A stretch of DNA of 64,000 nucleotides from Eubacteriales bacterium (GTDB lineage Bacteria > Bacillota > Clostridia > Oscillospirales > CAG-272), in assembly GCA_051867895.1 (NCBI GenBank), contig JBJDZH010000016.1, forward strand, positions 26,367 to 90,366. The letters run 5' to 3'. Of this stretch, positions 10,392 through 20,463 are shown one piece after another. Positions within the stretch are counted from its first letter, which is position 1, and each line of letters starts with the position of its first letter. Under the pieces are notes generated by a model that was given only the letters and a program-made list of their open reading frames with translations, was not told where the DNA came from and did no database searches. The position numbers and the translations under genes were made by a program.

Positions 10392-11210
10392 TTATGCTTT
10401 CTCCTCCGGATGCAGAAAGCGGATGGCGTTGTTCCAGAGAATGTCCTCCCGCTGCGCATCCGTGAGCGGCAGCCGTGAGAACAGGGCAAGCTCGGCGGCG
10501 GGATTCTTGACCGGATAATCCGTGCCGAACATCACGCGGTCCGTGCCCAGCTTTCCAATGATGGATGCTGCTTCTCCGGGGGACAGATACCACAGAGAAC
10601 TCGAAGTGTCATACCAGACATTTTCGTGCCCGGCGAGGTATTCGATCGCCTCCTCATGCGCACGGTAGCCGCCGAGATGCGCGGCGATCACCTCCAGCCG
10701 CGGGAACATCTCAAGTACGTGGCGCAGCTTTCTCGCTTCGGAAAAACGGTACTGCGGACGGTTGTCGCCCATGTGGAAGCAGATCGGCATCCGCCCTTCC
10801 ACGATTTCATACAGCGGAAGGAGTTTCGGGTCGTCGATGTCGATCCCCTGAATGTCCGGATGCAGCTTGACCCCGCGCAGCCCCAGCCGCACCGCGCGTT
10901 CGATCTCCCCTGCAAAATCCGGATAATCCTGATGCATACCGGCGAAACCGACTGTCAGATATCCCTCGGCACGGGATTTCTGTACAAGCGACGCGATACA
11001 GTCGTTCACCTTCGGGACCTGGTGGGGATTCGTTGCGACGGAAAAGAGGAGAAAGCCGCGGATGTTGTTTTCAGGCGCCTGCGCGGAGAGATCGGCATAG
11101 GTGCCTTTTCCTTCCGGAACGAAGTCGTAAAAACGACCGAGATTCTCCACCGCACGCTCGGCGATGGCTTCCGGATAGGTGTGTGTGTGGATATCGAATA
11201 CCTTGTACAT
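10392..11210 (-). CDS. amidohydrolase-2 family metal-dependent hydrolase (TIM barrel), start trimmed to MYKVFDIHTH
   Basis: DIHTHTYP...KLHP...HMG...AAHLGG...FGTDYP motif series. Its stop abuts the start of the FkbM gene. Confidence 0.7.
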   Translation of the reverse strand: MYKVFDIHTHTYPEAIAERAVENLGRFYDFVPEGKGTYADLSAQAPENNIRGFLLFSVATNPHQVPKVNDCIASLVQKSRAEGYLTVGFAGMHQDYPDFAGEIERAVRLGLRGVKLHPDIQGIDIDDPKLLPLYEIVEGRMPICFHMGDNRPQYRFSEARKLRHVLEMFPRLEVIAAHLGGYRAHEEAIEYLAGHENVWYDTSSSLWYLSPGEAASIIGKLGTDRVMFGTDYPVKNPAAELALFSRLPLTDAQREDILWNNAIRFLHPEEKA

Positions 11211-11277
11211 AGATGACCTCTTGATTTCAGGTGAAAAATATGCTATTATGTAAAAAACGGGCGGAGGCGGACAGCGT

Positions 11278-11760
11278 ATGAAAAGACGGGAGATCCCGGC
11301 GGGAGAGCGGCGCGTCGTTTCAAAAAAGAAAAAACTCGTGATCCTGGCGCTGTTTGCGGCGGGGCTCCTCGCCGTTGCGTGGTTCAAGCTGCCGTACACA
11401 AAGACGTACAGCGCCGTTCTGGTCTGTACGGAGAGCGGCGAGCGACCGCTGTACGGTGAAAAGATCACGGTGGAAGTCAGCGTCCGCATTCAGCGGAATT
11501 TCTTTGCCGACGCGAAGCATACCGGGACGGTGTGTGTGGAAGGAGACGTGTATCCGATCGGGGAGGGCGGCAAGGCCGTCCCAGCCCGGAATCTTTTCGG
11601 CGCATTCACGGATGCGGATACCTTCTTTGCAAGCAGCGGAGAGTGGCATGGAGAGTATTGGCTGGAGCGCTGCGCCGTGTCGGTAAACGCGGGAAGGATC
11701 GTCAGCCTCACGCTGCATGACGGTGTCGGTGTGTACGCCGGACGGTACGCGCGGCAGTAG
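11278..11760 (+). CDS. hypothetical N-terminally membrane-anchored protein (160 aa)
   Basis: The ORF has a basic N-terminus followed by a hydrophobic helix (LVILALFAAGLLAVAWF). No family was recognised. Confidence 0.45.
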   Translation: MKRREIPAGERRVVSKKKKLVILALFAAGLLAVAWFKLPYTKTYSAVLVCTESGERPLYGEKITVEVSVRIQRNFFADAKHTGTVCVEGDVYPIGEGGKAVPARNLFGAFTDADTFFASSGEWHGEYWLERCAVSVNAGRIVSLTLHDGVGVYAGRYARQ

Positions 11761-11822
11761 TGAAGCCCGCGGCGATCCAAAATCAGCATGAAAAAACAGC
11801 ATAGAAAAGGAGCAAAAAGCAA

Positions 11823-12161
11823 ATGGACTGCATTTTCTGCAAGATCGTGGCGGGGGAGATCCCTTCCAACAAGGTGTATGAGGACGAGCGTATCCTCGCG
11901 TTTCACGATATCAATCCGGAGGCGCCGGTGCATGTGCTGGTGATCCCGAAGGAGCACATCCCGTCCATGGATCATATCACCCCGGAGAACAGCGGCGTTG
12001 TTGCCTACCTGTTTGAAAAGATTCCGGAGATCGCGAAAGCGGCTGGACTCACGAACGGCTACCGGGTAATCTCCAACTGCGGCGCGGACGCCGGACAGTC
12101 GGTGCCGCATCTGCACTTTCACATTCTCGGCGGGAAGCCGCTCCCGCTGCACATTGTCTGA
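11823..12161 (+). CDS. HIT (histidine triad) family protein
   Basis: 112 aa with CIFCKI and the HLHFHILGG histidine triad. Confidence 0.88.
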   Translation: MDCIFCKIVAGEIPSNKVYEDERILAFHDINPEAPVHVLVIPKEHIPSMDHITPENSGVVAYLFEKIPEIAKAAGLTNGYRVISNCGADAGQSVPHLHFHILGGKPLPLHIV

Positions 12162-12180
12162 CGGCTCTGATACGAACGTG

Positions 12181-12215
12181 AAGCAAAACGTCTCCCGTGG
12201 GAGACGTTTTGCTTT
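12181..12215. terminator. bidirectional terminator between the HIT gene and aspartate kinase
   Basis: Perfect 16-bp hairpin aagcaaaacgtctccc/gggagacgttttgctt. It overlaps the aspartate kinase stop codon. Confidence 0.65.
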
Positions 12216-13563
12216 ATCTGACAAATTCGTTGTAGATTGCCTGCTGTGCGCGCGTGAAATCACTGGCAGCCACGCCGATGATGATGTTCAGCTCGCTCGA
12301 CCCCTGATCGATCATGCGGATATTGATGTCCGCGCCGGCACACGCCTTGAGCAGTCTTGCCGCCGTACCCTTTGCCTTGACCATGCCGCGCCCGACAACG
12401 GCAATCAGCGCAAGATTGTCCTCAATGCTGATGGATTCCGGGTTTACGGCACGGCAGATGCCGTCGATCAGCTTCTGACGGTACGGCTCGATGTCATGCG
12501 AGTTCAGAATGACGCTCATGGTATCGATGCCGGACGGCAGATGCTCAAAGGAAATGCCGAGATTTTCGATGACCTCCAGCACGCGTCTGCCGAAGCCGAG
12601 CTCCTGGTTCATCATATCCTTTTCGATGTTGATGACGGAAAAGCCGGTTTTCCCCGCAATTCCCGTGATCGTTGTGGAGGAGTCGTAGATATCCGTTGCG
12701 GGCACGATCATGGTTCCTGCGCAGTCCGGCGCATTGGTGTTGCGGATGTTGATCGGAATGCCGGCGAAGCGAACGGGGAAGATCGCGTCCTCGTGCAGGA
12801 CGGTCGCGCCCATGTAGGACAGCTCGCGCAGCTCCTTGTAGGTGATGACATCGATACGGCGCGGGTTGTCAATGATGCGGGGATCCGCCATCAGAAATCC
12901 GGCAACGTCCGTCCAGTTTTCATACAGGACAGCTTCCGCGGCGCGAGCAACGATCGAGCCGGTGATGTCGGAGCCGCCGCGCGAAAAGGTCTTGACCGTT
13001 CCGTTCGGCATGGAGCCGTAAAAACCGGGGATGACAGCGCGCGGGTGCTTTTTCAGCACGCCGGAAAGGATTTCGTTCGTCAGCTCGTCGTCGAAGGTGC
13101 CGTTGTCGGAAAAGCGGATCACGTCGGCGGCGTCGATAAAATCGTAGCCGAGGAGGCTGGCAAGGATCAGACCGTTCAGGTACTCGCCGCGGCTGGCTGC
13201 GTAGTCGCGCCCTGCATGGTGCGAGATGGCGTTCAGGATCGTGTCGTATTCCGCGCTCAGATCCAGCGGCAGGGAAAGCCCGTGAATGATGGCCTCATAG
13301 CGCTCAATGACACGCGAGAAAACGGCTTTCAGCTCCTGAACATTGCCGGATACCTCGTAGCAGCGATAGAGAAGATCCGTCACCTTCTCATCTTCCCGGA
13401 AGCGTTTGCCGGGTGCGGAGGGAACGACATAGCGGCGGGATGCCTCTGCATTTACGATGCTTTGCACCATGCGGAAATGCTCTGCATCCGCAAGCGAGCT
13501 GCCGCCGAATTTGACTACTTTGACCGGAGACTGCGGATCGTCCTTTGTATTGTTCGGATTCAA
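12214..13563 (-). CDS. aspartate kinase (449 aa, apparent TTG start)
   Basis: VVKFGGSSLAD kinase N-terminus with ACT-like C-terminal repeats. GGGAG lies 7 nt upstream of the TTG at 13561-13563. Confidence 0.85.
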   Translation of the reverse strand: MNPNNTKDDPQSPVKVVKFGGSSLADAEHFRMVQSIVNAEASRRYVVPSAPGKRFREDEKVTDLLYRCYEVSGNVQELKAVFSRVIERYEAIIHGLSLPLDLSAEYDTILNAISHHAGRDYAASRGEYLNGLILASLLGYDFIDAADVIRFSDNGTFDDELTNEILSGVLKKHPRAVIPGFYGSMPNGTVKTFSRGGSDITGSIVARAAEAVLYENWTDVAGFLMADPRIIDNPRRIDVITYKELRELSYMGATVLHEDAIFPVRFAGIPINIRNTNAPDCAGTMIVPATDIYDSSTTITGIAGKTGFSVINIEKDMMNQELGFGRRVLEVIENLGISFEHLPSGIDTMSVILNSHDIEPYRQKLIDGICRAVNPESISIEDNLALIAVVGRGMVKAKGTAARLLKACAGADINIRMIDQGSSELNIIIGVAASDFTRAQQAIYNEFVR

Positions 13564-13645
13564 TGTGCTACTCCCAAAGAATAATAATTCATACCGCCGG
13601 GCTGCACCGGCGTGCTGTACTCAGATATACTCACATATACATTAT

Positions 13646-13674
13646 ATTATATGAATATTCGACAGCTTTGTCAA
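13646..13674 (-). promoter_or_regulatory. sigma-A type promoter for aspartate kinase
   Basis: On the minus strand: TTGACA (13669-13674), a 17-nt spacer, TATAAT (13646-13651). Confidence 0.5.
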
Positions 13675-13734
13675 CGGCAGATATGGATAAATATTCTCAG
13701 AAGTACGGACGAATTATAACAGATCGTACAATTC

Positions 13735-15846
13735 TCAGGAGCGCGGGGGGCGCGGCGGTCCCGACGGATGGGACATGCGCGGCGGATGCGGGCGCGCTCC
13801 GTCGCCTAAGCCGCTGCCGGCTGGCTGCACATCCTCTGCGTTCCTCGGCGGGAGCCCCTCCCGGGGCGTGTCGCTTGGGCTATCCGGCGGGAGCGTGTCG
13901 CTCGGGTCGACTTCCGTGATGTAGCGCTTTGCCTGCGTGGTGAAGAGCTCGTAGTATTTTCCCCGCTTGTTCATCAGCTGGCTGTGATTGCCCTCCTCGA
14001 CGATTTGCCCGTTTTCCAACACGATAATTTTGGAGGCGGTCGTGGCGCTGGAGAGGCGGTGCGAGACGAAGACGGTCGTCTTCCCCGCCCGGAGCTCGTC
14101 AAACTGATTGAAGATCTCCTGCTCTGCCATCGGATCCAGGGAAGCGGTCGGCTCATCCAGGATCAGCACGTCGGAATCGCTGTAGAACGCGCGCGCGATC
14201 GACAGCTTCTGCCACTGACCGATCGACAGCTCGATGCCGTTATCCTCGAAATACCGCATCAGAGGCGTGTCGTACTGATCCGGCAGCTTGTCGATGAATA
14301 CGTCGGCATTGCTCTGGTGCGCGGCTTCCCGTACCTCCTGTTCGCCCGCCTCTCTTGCCAGATTGCCGAACTGGATGTTTTCCCGGACGGATACGGCGTA
14401 CTTTCCGAAATCCTGGAAGATGATGCCGTACATCCGGTACAGTTCGTTCAGATCATAGTCGCGGATGTCGTGTCCGTCCAGATAGATTTCTCCCTCCGTC
14501 GGATCGTACAGACGTGTAATCAGCTTGATGAGCGTCGTCTTTCCCGCGCCGTTCAGTCCGACAAGGACGGCGGTCTCGCCCTCGCGCAGCGTCAGATTCA
14601 CGTTGCGGATGACCATGCGCTCCGTGCCGGGATAGCGGAAGCTGACGTTGCGCAGCTCGATCTTATGCGCGCAGTGGCGCTTGACATGCAGCGGCTGTTC
14701 CAGACGCGGAACGACGGTCTGCTTCTCCGCCATGAAAGCGATCATGTTGTCGATGAACAGAGTCCCCTCATAGATGGTCGCAGTCAGACTGATGAGCGAG
14801 GAGACGCCGCCTGAAATGGAGTTGAGAGCGCCGGTATACAAAGAGTAATCACCGATGGACAGGACGCCCTCATATACTTTTCTGGCGATATACAGGAACA
14901 GATAGCAGTTGGCAATGGAGTTCAGCGCGGAGATGGCGATGTTCCAGCTGCCCTCCTGTACGATCAGCTTCCGTATCCCCGCGAAGTAATGCCGGAAGGT
15001 TTCCTTGTAGCGGTTGATAAAAGTTCCGGATAGATCGAACAGACGGATCTCTTTCACCATATCCTTGTTGGTAATGAGAGAGCTGTAATAGTTCATGCAG
15101 CGGCGGTCCTTGGAACGGCGGCGCATGTACAGGAAGTTTTTGCGGCGGTAGATAAAATTGATGATAGCGAACGGGATGGCGAGAACAATAATCAGCAGCG
15201 GCGCGAACAGGCTGACGTTGGCGAGTATCGTGATGAAGGATATCATGCTGATCAGCGTGCTGATGATGCTGAAGGTAGCGTTCAGAATCTGAATCGGGCG
15301 GGAGCCTGCCTCGCGGTTGGCGTTTTCCAGCTTCTCATAAAACTCCGGACGGTCGAAGCTGGCGAGGTCGATGGTCCGCGCCTTGTCGATCAGTTTCAGC
15401 TTGATGTGATTGGTGACCAGCTCGCCGGCAATGCGGATAATCATATTGTATACGCTGCTGATCAGATTGTTGAAGAATATGTAGCCGAACTGTCCGACGA
15501 GAAGCAGCAGAATCTGCCGGAAGGGGAAATCCTCCCCGGTGACGAGGGCGGTGGCGGCGCTGCCGAGCGCATTCAGAAGCGCGGCGGCAATGTAGGCGCT
15601 GATGACCGGCGCGATACCGCTGTACACCGCCATGAAAACCATGACGAACAGAATCCAGGGCTTCGCTTCCCATACCAGCGCAAAAATGTAAAACAGCCGG
15701 GAAAAGAAGCCGCGCAGCAGACGGCTGAGATAGCCGGGCACCTCGGAGAGGGATTTCGGCTTCGGCTCACGCAGCTTGTCCGTTGCCTGGGAATTGGGGC
15801 CTCCGAATCCGGGCGGCGGTCCACCCATCATAGCGATCACATCCAT
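13735..15846 (-). CDS. ABC exporter, fused permease/ATPase (MsbA/lipid A-like family) with a Pro-rich C-terminal tail
   Basis: Six-TM N-terminal half, then Walker A GLNGAGKTT, signature LSIGQWQK and Walker B LILDEPT. The last ~60 aa are rich in P, S, D and R. Confidence 0.85.
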   Translation of the reverse strand: MDVIAMMGGPPPGFGGPNSQATDKLREPKPKSLSEVPGYLSRLLRGFFSRLFYIFALVWEAKPWILFVMVFMAVYSGIAPVISAYIAAALLNALGSAATALVTGEDFPFRQILLLLVGQFGYIFFNNLISSVYNMIIRIAGELVTNHIKLKLIDKARTIDLASFDRPEFYEKLENANREAGSRPIQILNATFSIISTLISMISFITILANVSLFAPLLIIVLAIPFAIINFIYRRKNFLYMRRRSKDRRCMNYYSSLITNKDMVKEIRLFDLSGTFINRYKETFRHYFAGIRKLIVQEGSWNIAISALNSIANCYLFLYIARKVYEGVLSIGDYSLYTGALNSISGGVSSLISLTATIYEGTLFIDNMIAFMAEKQTVVPRLEQPLHVKRHCAHKIELRNVSFRYPGTERMVIRNVNLTLREGETAVLVGLNGAGKTTLIKLITRLYDPTEGEIYLDGHDIRDYDLNELYRMYGIIFQDFGKYAVSVRENIQFGNLAREAGEQEVREAAHQSNADVFIDKLPDQYDTPLMRYFEDNGIELSIGQWQKLSIARAFYSDSDVLILDEPTASLDPMAEQEIFNQFDELRAGKTTVFVSHRLSSATTASKIIVLENGQIVEEGNHSQLMNKRGKYYELFTTQAKRYITEVDPSDTLPPDSPSDTPREGLPPRNAEDVQPAGSGLGDGARPHPPRMSHPSGPPRPPRS

Positions 15847-16024
15847 TCATAAAAATTTGACTCATATTTGTATTTATTATACCGCATAGCGGTGGCGCCT
15901 GCAAGCGCATGAAGTAATTTGGACGGAAATTTACATTTGTTTTCGCGTGGATTGACAGAAATCCGCTTCTGTTATATAATATTTTTCAACAACAAACCTC
16001 AAAGCGGAGAATAAGGATACATTC

Positions 16025-17266
16025 ATGAACAGCACACCGATACTTTCCCCCGCGCAGATTCTTCTGCCGCCATACGCTCCGGCGTCCGCCGAATGGGAAA
16101 AATGGGCGGTCATCGCCTGCGATCAGTTTACCTCAGAGCCGGAATACTGGGAGAAAGCGGCGCAGACCGCCTCCGGCGCACCGTCTGCGCTCCGGCTGAT
16201 TTTGCCGGAGGCATACCTCGGCACCGCAGACGAGGGGAGAATGCGCGCGCAGATCGCCTGCGCCATGAAGGAGCTGGATCGCCACTGGCTGCGGCAGTAT
16301 CCGGATTCCATGATGTATCTGCGCCGCACTCTGCCGGACGGACGCGTCCGCTGCGGCCTGATCGGAAAGATCGATCTGGAGCGCTATGATTATCAGAAGG
16401 GCTCCGCGTCCGCCGTCCGCGCAACGGAGGCGACTGTGCTGGAACGGATACCGCCGCGCGTGGCGATCCGCTCCGAGGCGGTTTTCGAGCTGCCGCACGT
16501 CATGCTTCTGATGGAGGACGCGGACGGACTCTTTGACTATCTGTGCGCGCATAAGGACAGCTATGCGCCGGCGTATGATTTTGAGCTGATGCTCGGCGGC
16601 GGACATGTACAGGGCTACCGCATCTCTGGCGCCGCGCTCGACGGCGTGACGGCGCGCCTCGGTGCCTATGAAGCATCCCGCGCGGATGGACTGGTGTACG
16701 CAGTCGGCGATGGAAACCATTCGCTTGCCGCGGCGCGCGCGCACTATGTCCGCCTCAAGGAATCGCTCGGCGACGCCGCGCTTTCCCATCCGGCACGCTA
16801 TGCGCTGGCGGAGGTGGTGGCGCTGCAGGATCCGGCGCTTGCGTTTGAACCGATCTACCGCGTGGTGACCGGCTGCGACCCGGAGGATCTGCTTGCGGCG
16901 CTCGCGTCCGTCTCCGCGCCCGGCGCGGGAGAGCAGACGGTGCGCGTTGTTTGCGCGGACGGGGAGCAGACCGTTTCGTTTACCGGAAAGCGGCATGCGC
17001 TGACGGTCGGGACGATACAGGATTTTCTGGACGGTTATATGCAGCAGCACCCGGAGGTTCGCTGTGACTACATACACGACGAGACCTCACTCCTTTCTCT
17101 TGCGCGGCGCAGCGGAAGCGTCGGCTTCCTGTTTGAGGGAATGCCGAAGGAGATGCTGTTCCCGTATGTACGGGAGCACGGCACGCTGCCGCGCAAAACC
17201 TTCTCTATGGGTGAGGCGCGCAGCAAGCGGTATTATATCGAAGCCCGGCGTATCATCGGAGAATAA
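16025..17266 (+). CDS. DUF1015-like protein (413 aa)
   Basis: The VIACDQFTSEPEYWE motif and overall length are recalled as typical of clostridial DUF1015 proteins. Memory-based call only. Confidence 0.5.
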   Translation: MNSTPILSPAQILLPPYAPASAEWEKWAVIACDQFTSEPEYWEKAAQTASGAPSALRLILPEAYLGTADEGRMRAQIACAMKELDRHWLRQYPDSMMYLRRTLPDGRVRCGLIGKIDLERYDYQKGSASAVRATEATVLERIPPRVAIRSEAVFELPHVMLLMEDADGLFDYLCAHKDSYAPAYDFELMLGGGHVQGYRISGAALDGVTARLGAYEASRADGLVYAVGDGNHSLAAARAHYVRLKESLGDAALSHPARYALAEVVALQDPALAFEPIYRVVTGCDPEDLLAALASVSAPGAGEQTVRVVCADGEQTVSFTGKRHALTVGTIQDFLDGYMQQHPEVRCDYIHDETSLLSLARRSGSVGFLFEGMPKEMLFPYVREHGTLPRKTFSMGEARSKRYYIEARRIIGE

Positions 17267-17336
17267 GGCGGACGGAGGCGCGGCGCGCTTGGTTCGCGGT
17301 TTCTTTGCAGAAATGCGAAAAAAATTGAAAAAGGTA

Positions 17337-17365
17337 TTGACAAACAAACGCAGACTTGCTATAAT
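17337..17365 (+). promoter_or_regulatory. consensus sigma-A promoter of tRNA-Val
   Basis: TTGACA (17337-17342), a 17-nt spacer, TATAAT (17360-17365). It sits 18 nt upstream of the tRNA 5' end. Confidence 0.6.
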
Positions 17366-17383
17366 ATACAGGCAGTTTGCGAT

Positions 17384-17460
17384 GGAGGCATAGCTCAGCT
17401 GGTTAGAGTGCTTGCTTGACATGCAAGAGGTCACTGGTTCGATCCCAGTTGTCTCCACCA
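17384..17460 (+). tRNA. tRNA-Val (anticodon GAC), CCA encoded
   Basis: The cloverleaf was folded by hand. Acceptor stem is ggaggca/tgtctcc, the D-loop is agctcagctggttagag, the anticodon loop is ttGACat, and the T-arm is actgg-ttcgatc-ccagt. The 3' end is ACCA. Confidence 0.92.
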
Positions 17461-17470
17461 AATACGACGA

Positions 17471-17503
17471 AAAAGCCTGATTGTTCAGGCTTTTTTGTTT
17501 TTC
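17471..17503 (+). terminator. rho-independent terminator after tRNA-Val
   Basis: Hairpin agcctga-ttgt-tcaggct followed by TTTTTTGTTTTT. Confidence 0.7.
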
Positions 17504-17847
17504 ATCACCGAAAATTATATTCTGTCCGGAATCCGCACCGCGCGCCTCCTTGCGCGTCTGAACAGACATAGACACTGCATGCGCGATCCCGTCCGTCAGC
17601 CGGGACGCAACATTTCTTTTTTTACGAGAAAATCCGGCTGCGCCATGATGCGCTCCTGTACAATTTTCATGAGGCAGGTTGCAATTTTTTTTATATGTGC
17701 TATACTGTATTCAGGACAAGCCGGCGTCATGGTGAGCGGTGCGCTCTACATAGGAACGGACAGAACCGGCTTTTCACGGAACATGCAAATTCAGGCGGCA
17801 GCATTTTCCGGAGCCCAGTGCAGGCGCCGCACAGCACGGAGATGGCT

Positions 17848-19341
17848 ATGAAGAAAAAGCAGATCGTTTTTATTATGACAGATACGACGCGGTTCGATAT
17901 GCTCGGATGCTACGGCAATCCGGACATGAAAACGCCGAACCTTGACGCGCTTGCCCAGGAGGGACTCCGGTGTGAGAGCGCTTATACCTGCCAGCCGGTG
18001 TGCGGGCCGGCGAGATCGACCATCTTTACCGGGCTGTATCCGCACTCAAACGGCAGCTTTACCAATTCCTATCCGCTCGGCGCTAACGTAAAAACGGTAG
18101 GACAGCGTCTGCGCGATCACGGTATCCGCACCGGATATATCGGGAAATGGCACCTGGACGGGGGCGACTACTTCGGACTGGGCGTCTGTCCCGACGGGTG
18201 GGAGGAAAAATACTGGTATGATATGAGATGCTACCTCGAGGAGCTGACGGAGGAGGAACGCGTAAAGTCCAGAATACCTGCGACAAACCAGGAGGGAATC
18301 CCGGAGGACTTTACCTACGCGCACAGATGCGCCGGACGTGCGATCGATTTTCTGAAGGAATATAAGGACGAGGATTTCTTTATGGTCCTGTCTCTTGACG
18401 AGCCGCACGATCCGTATCTTTGTCCCGAGCCGTACGCTTCGATGTATGCTGACTATGAGTTCCCGAAAGCACCCAATGTATGGGATACGCTGGAGGGAAA
18501 GCCATTTTATCAGAAGCTGTGGGCGGGTGCGCGCCTGAAGGAGAACCGCGACGAGCTCAAAATCAAGCCGTCGTATTTTCTGGGCTGCAATTCGTATGCG
18601 GATTATGAAATCGGCAAGGTGATCGACGCCGCGAAGGAGCTCGCCCCCGATGCTGCGATCATATATACCTCCGATCACGGCGACGCTCTCCAGTCGCACT
18701 GCCTTAATGGGAAAGGCGCTGCAATGTATGACGAGATCGCCAGGATCCCGATGATTTTCTACGGATTTGATGGAAAGGGCGTATACAAGTATCCGATTTC
18801 TCATATCAATCTTGTGCCCACGATTCTGGAATACATGGGACTCAGTGTGCCGAAGCTCATGGAGGGACCGAGCGTTCTTTCGGCTCTGAACGATCCGTCG
18901 CTCCGGGTCAATGATTACGTATTTACCGAATTCACGAGATACGAGGTGGATCACGACGGCTTCGGCGGCCTGCAAATGATGCGCGCTGTGTTTGACGGAA
19001 GATACAAGCTCTGCATCCATCTGCTCGACGAAACGGACGAGTTCTACGATACCGAAACAGACCGCTATGAAATGGTGAATCTCATAGATTCCGAAGCGTA
19101 TTCCAAAGAGAGAGACCGTCTGCATGACGCTTTGCTCAGGAATATGGACGAGACCCGAGATCCGTTCCGTGGGTATCAGTGGGAGTGCCGAAAATGGAGA
19201 AGAGACGCTCCCGCCCCCGATTACGAGAATCACCGGTATACAAGACAGCGCGAAAACGAGGAATACGAACCCAGACAGCTCGATTATGCTACCGGTCTGG
19301 AGATGGAAAACGCCACCAGAATCAAGGCAGTCGTAAAATAA
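17848..19341 (+). CDS. Cys-type sulfatase (arylsulfatase family); an alternative start lies at 17842
   Basis: N-terminus IVFIMTDTTRFDMLGCYG with the formylglycine motif C-G-P-A-R-STIFTG. No signal peptide is evident. Confidence 0.85.
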   Translation: MKKKQIVFIMTDTTRFDMLGCYGNPDMKTPNLDALAQEGLRCESAYTCQPVCGPARSTIFTGLYPHSNGSFTNSYPLGANVKTVGQRLRDHGIRTGYIGKWHLDGGDYFGLGVCPDGWEEKYWYDMRCYLEELTEEERVKSRIPATNQEGIPEDFTYAHRCAGRAIDFLKEYKDEDFFMVLSLDEPHDPYLCPEPYASMYADYEFPKAPNVWDTLEGKPFYQKLWAGARLKENRDELKIKPSYFLGCNSYADYEIGKVIDAAKELAPDAAIIYTSDHGDALQSHCLNGKGAAMYDEIARIPMIFYGFDGKGVYKYPISHINLVPTILEYMGLSVPKLMEGPSVLSALNDPSLRVNDYVFTEFTRYEVDHDGFGGLQMMRAVFDGRYKLCIHLLDETDEFYDTETDRYEMVNLIDSEAYSKERDRLHDALLRNMDETRDPFRGYQWECRKWRRDAPAPDYENHRYTRQRENEEYEPRQLDYATGLEMENATRIKAVVK

Positions 19342-19350
19342 CGGGAACGA

Positions 19351-20454
19351 ATGCAACATCTCACTCTGCTTATCAAGCCGGCATCGTCGCTGTGCAATCT
19401 GAGATGCGAGTACTGCTTTTACGCCGACGTATCCAGAAGACGGGAAGTGCCATCCTACGGGATCATGGAGGAGGACATGCTCCGCGTTTTGATGAAACGC
19501 GGCTTTGAGGCAGCGTCAGAAAGCATCAGCTTCGTGTTTCAGGGCGGCGAGCCTACCGTGGCGGGGCTGGATTTTTTCCGCCGGGCGGTTGCGTATCAGA
19601 AAACATACAATCACAAAAATATCGCCGTATACAATACCATACAGACCAACGGTGCGTTGCTGGACGGGGAATGGGCAGACTTTTTCCGGGAAAACAACTT
19701 TCTTGTCGGCGTGTCGCTGGACGGATACAGAGCGCTGCACGACAGATACCGCAAGACTCCGCACGGCGAGGGCACCTTTGACAAAACGGTTCATGCGATC
19801 GAGCTTCTGAAGAACAGCGGGGTTGCGTTCAATATACTTTGCGTAGTGACCCGTGACGCTGCCAGAGATCCGGTGGGAGTATACAATGCCCTGAAAAAAT
19901 ACGGATATCTGCAGTTTATCCCGATGATAGACGATTTTGGCGGGGAGCAACGGGAATTCTCTTTGCAGGCGGAGGATTACGGGGATTTTCTCGTTGCGGT
20001 ATTTGATAAGTACGCTGAGGATATACTGCGCGGCAAATACGTCAGCATCCGCGATTTTGACAGCTATATCAATATGCTGAAGGGACTGCCGCCCTCCTCC
20101 TGTGCCATGCAGGGAAAATGCGGCGGGTACTTTGTCGTGGAATCAGACGGCAGCGTTTACCCCTGTGACTTCTATGTCACCGATGAATACAGAATCGGAA
20201 ATATCGTCCATGAATCCCTGGACGCTCTTGCGCAGAAAGAAACCGCACGTGCGTTTATCGCCCGTTCTGCGGAGCAAAGCGCGCAGTGCCGGCGCTGCCG
20301 GTGGTTTCCGATATGCCGCGGAGGCTGCCGCCGCTACCGCGAGCCGTTTCCGTCTCCGTCCAAATTCTGTGCGGCATACAAGAAATTTTTCGACACATGT
20401 TACGGGAAGATGGTCGGAATTGTCCGGCTTCTGAACCGGTACGGTGAAATGTGA
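19351..20454 (+). CDS. anaerobic sulfatase-maturating enzyme (radical SAM/SPASM)
   Basis: The CNLRCEYCFY radical-SAM box and C-terminal Cys clusters (CGGYFVVESDGSVYPCD; CRRCRWFPICRGGC) are present. The gene lies 9 nt downstream of the sulfatase. Confidence 0.85.
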   Translation: MQHLTLLIKPASSLCNLRCEYCFYADVSRRREVPSYGIMEEDMLRVLMKRGFEAASESISFVFQGGEPTVAGLDFFRRAVAYQKTYNHKNIAVYNTIQTNGALLDGEWADFFRENNFLVGVSLDGYRALHDRYRKTPHGEGTFDKTVHAIELLKNSGVAFNILCVVTRDAARDPVGVYNALKKYGYLQFIPMIDDFGGEQREFSLQAEDYGDFLVAVFDKYAEDILRGKYVSIRDFDSYINMLKGLPPSSCAMQGKCGGYFVVESDGSVYPCDFYVTDEYRIGNIVHESLDALAQKETARAFIARSAEQSAQCRRCRWFPICRGGCRRYREPFPSPSKFCAAYKKFFDTCYGKMVGIVRLLNRYGEM

Positions 20455-20463
20455 ATGAGAAAA

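Noticed and set aside
12154-13584. A 476-aa plus-strand ORF.
   Set aside because: It is antisense to aspartate kinase (VVKFGGSS and the rest). Shadow ORF.
13564-13645. A lysine riboswitch upstream of aspartate kinase.
   Set aside because: The leader is only about 85 nt and has a single hairpin. None of the L-box conserved elements is present.
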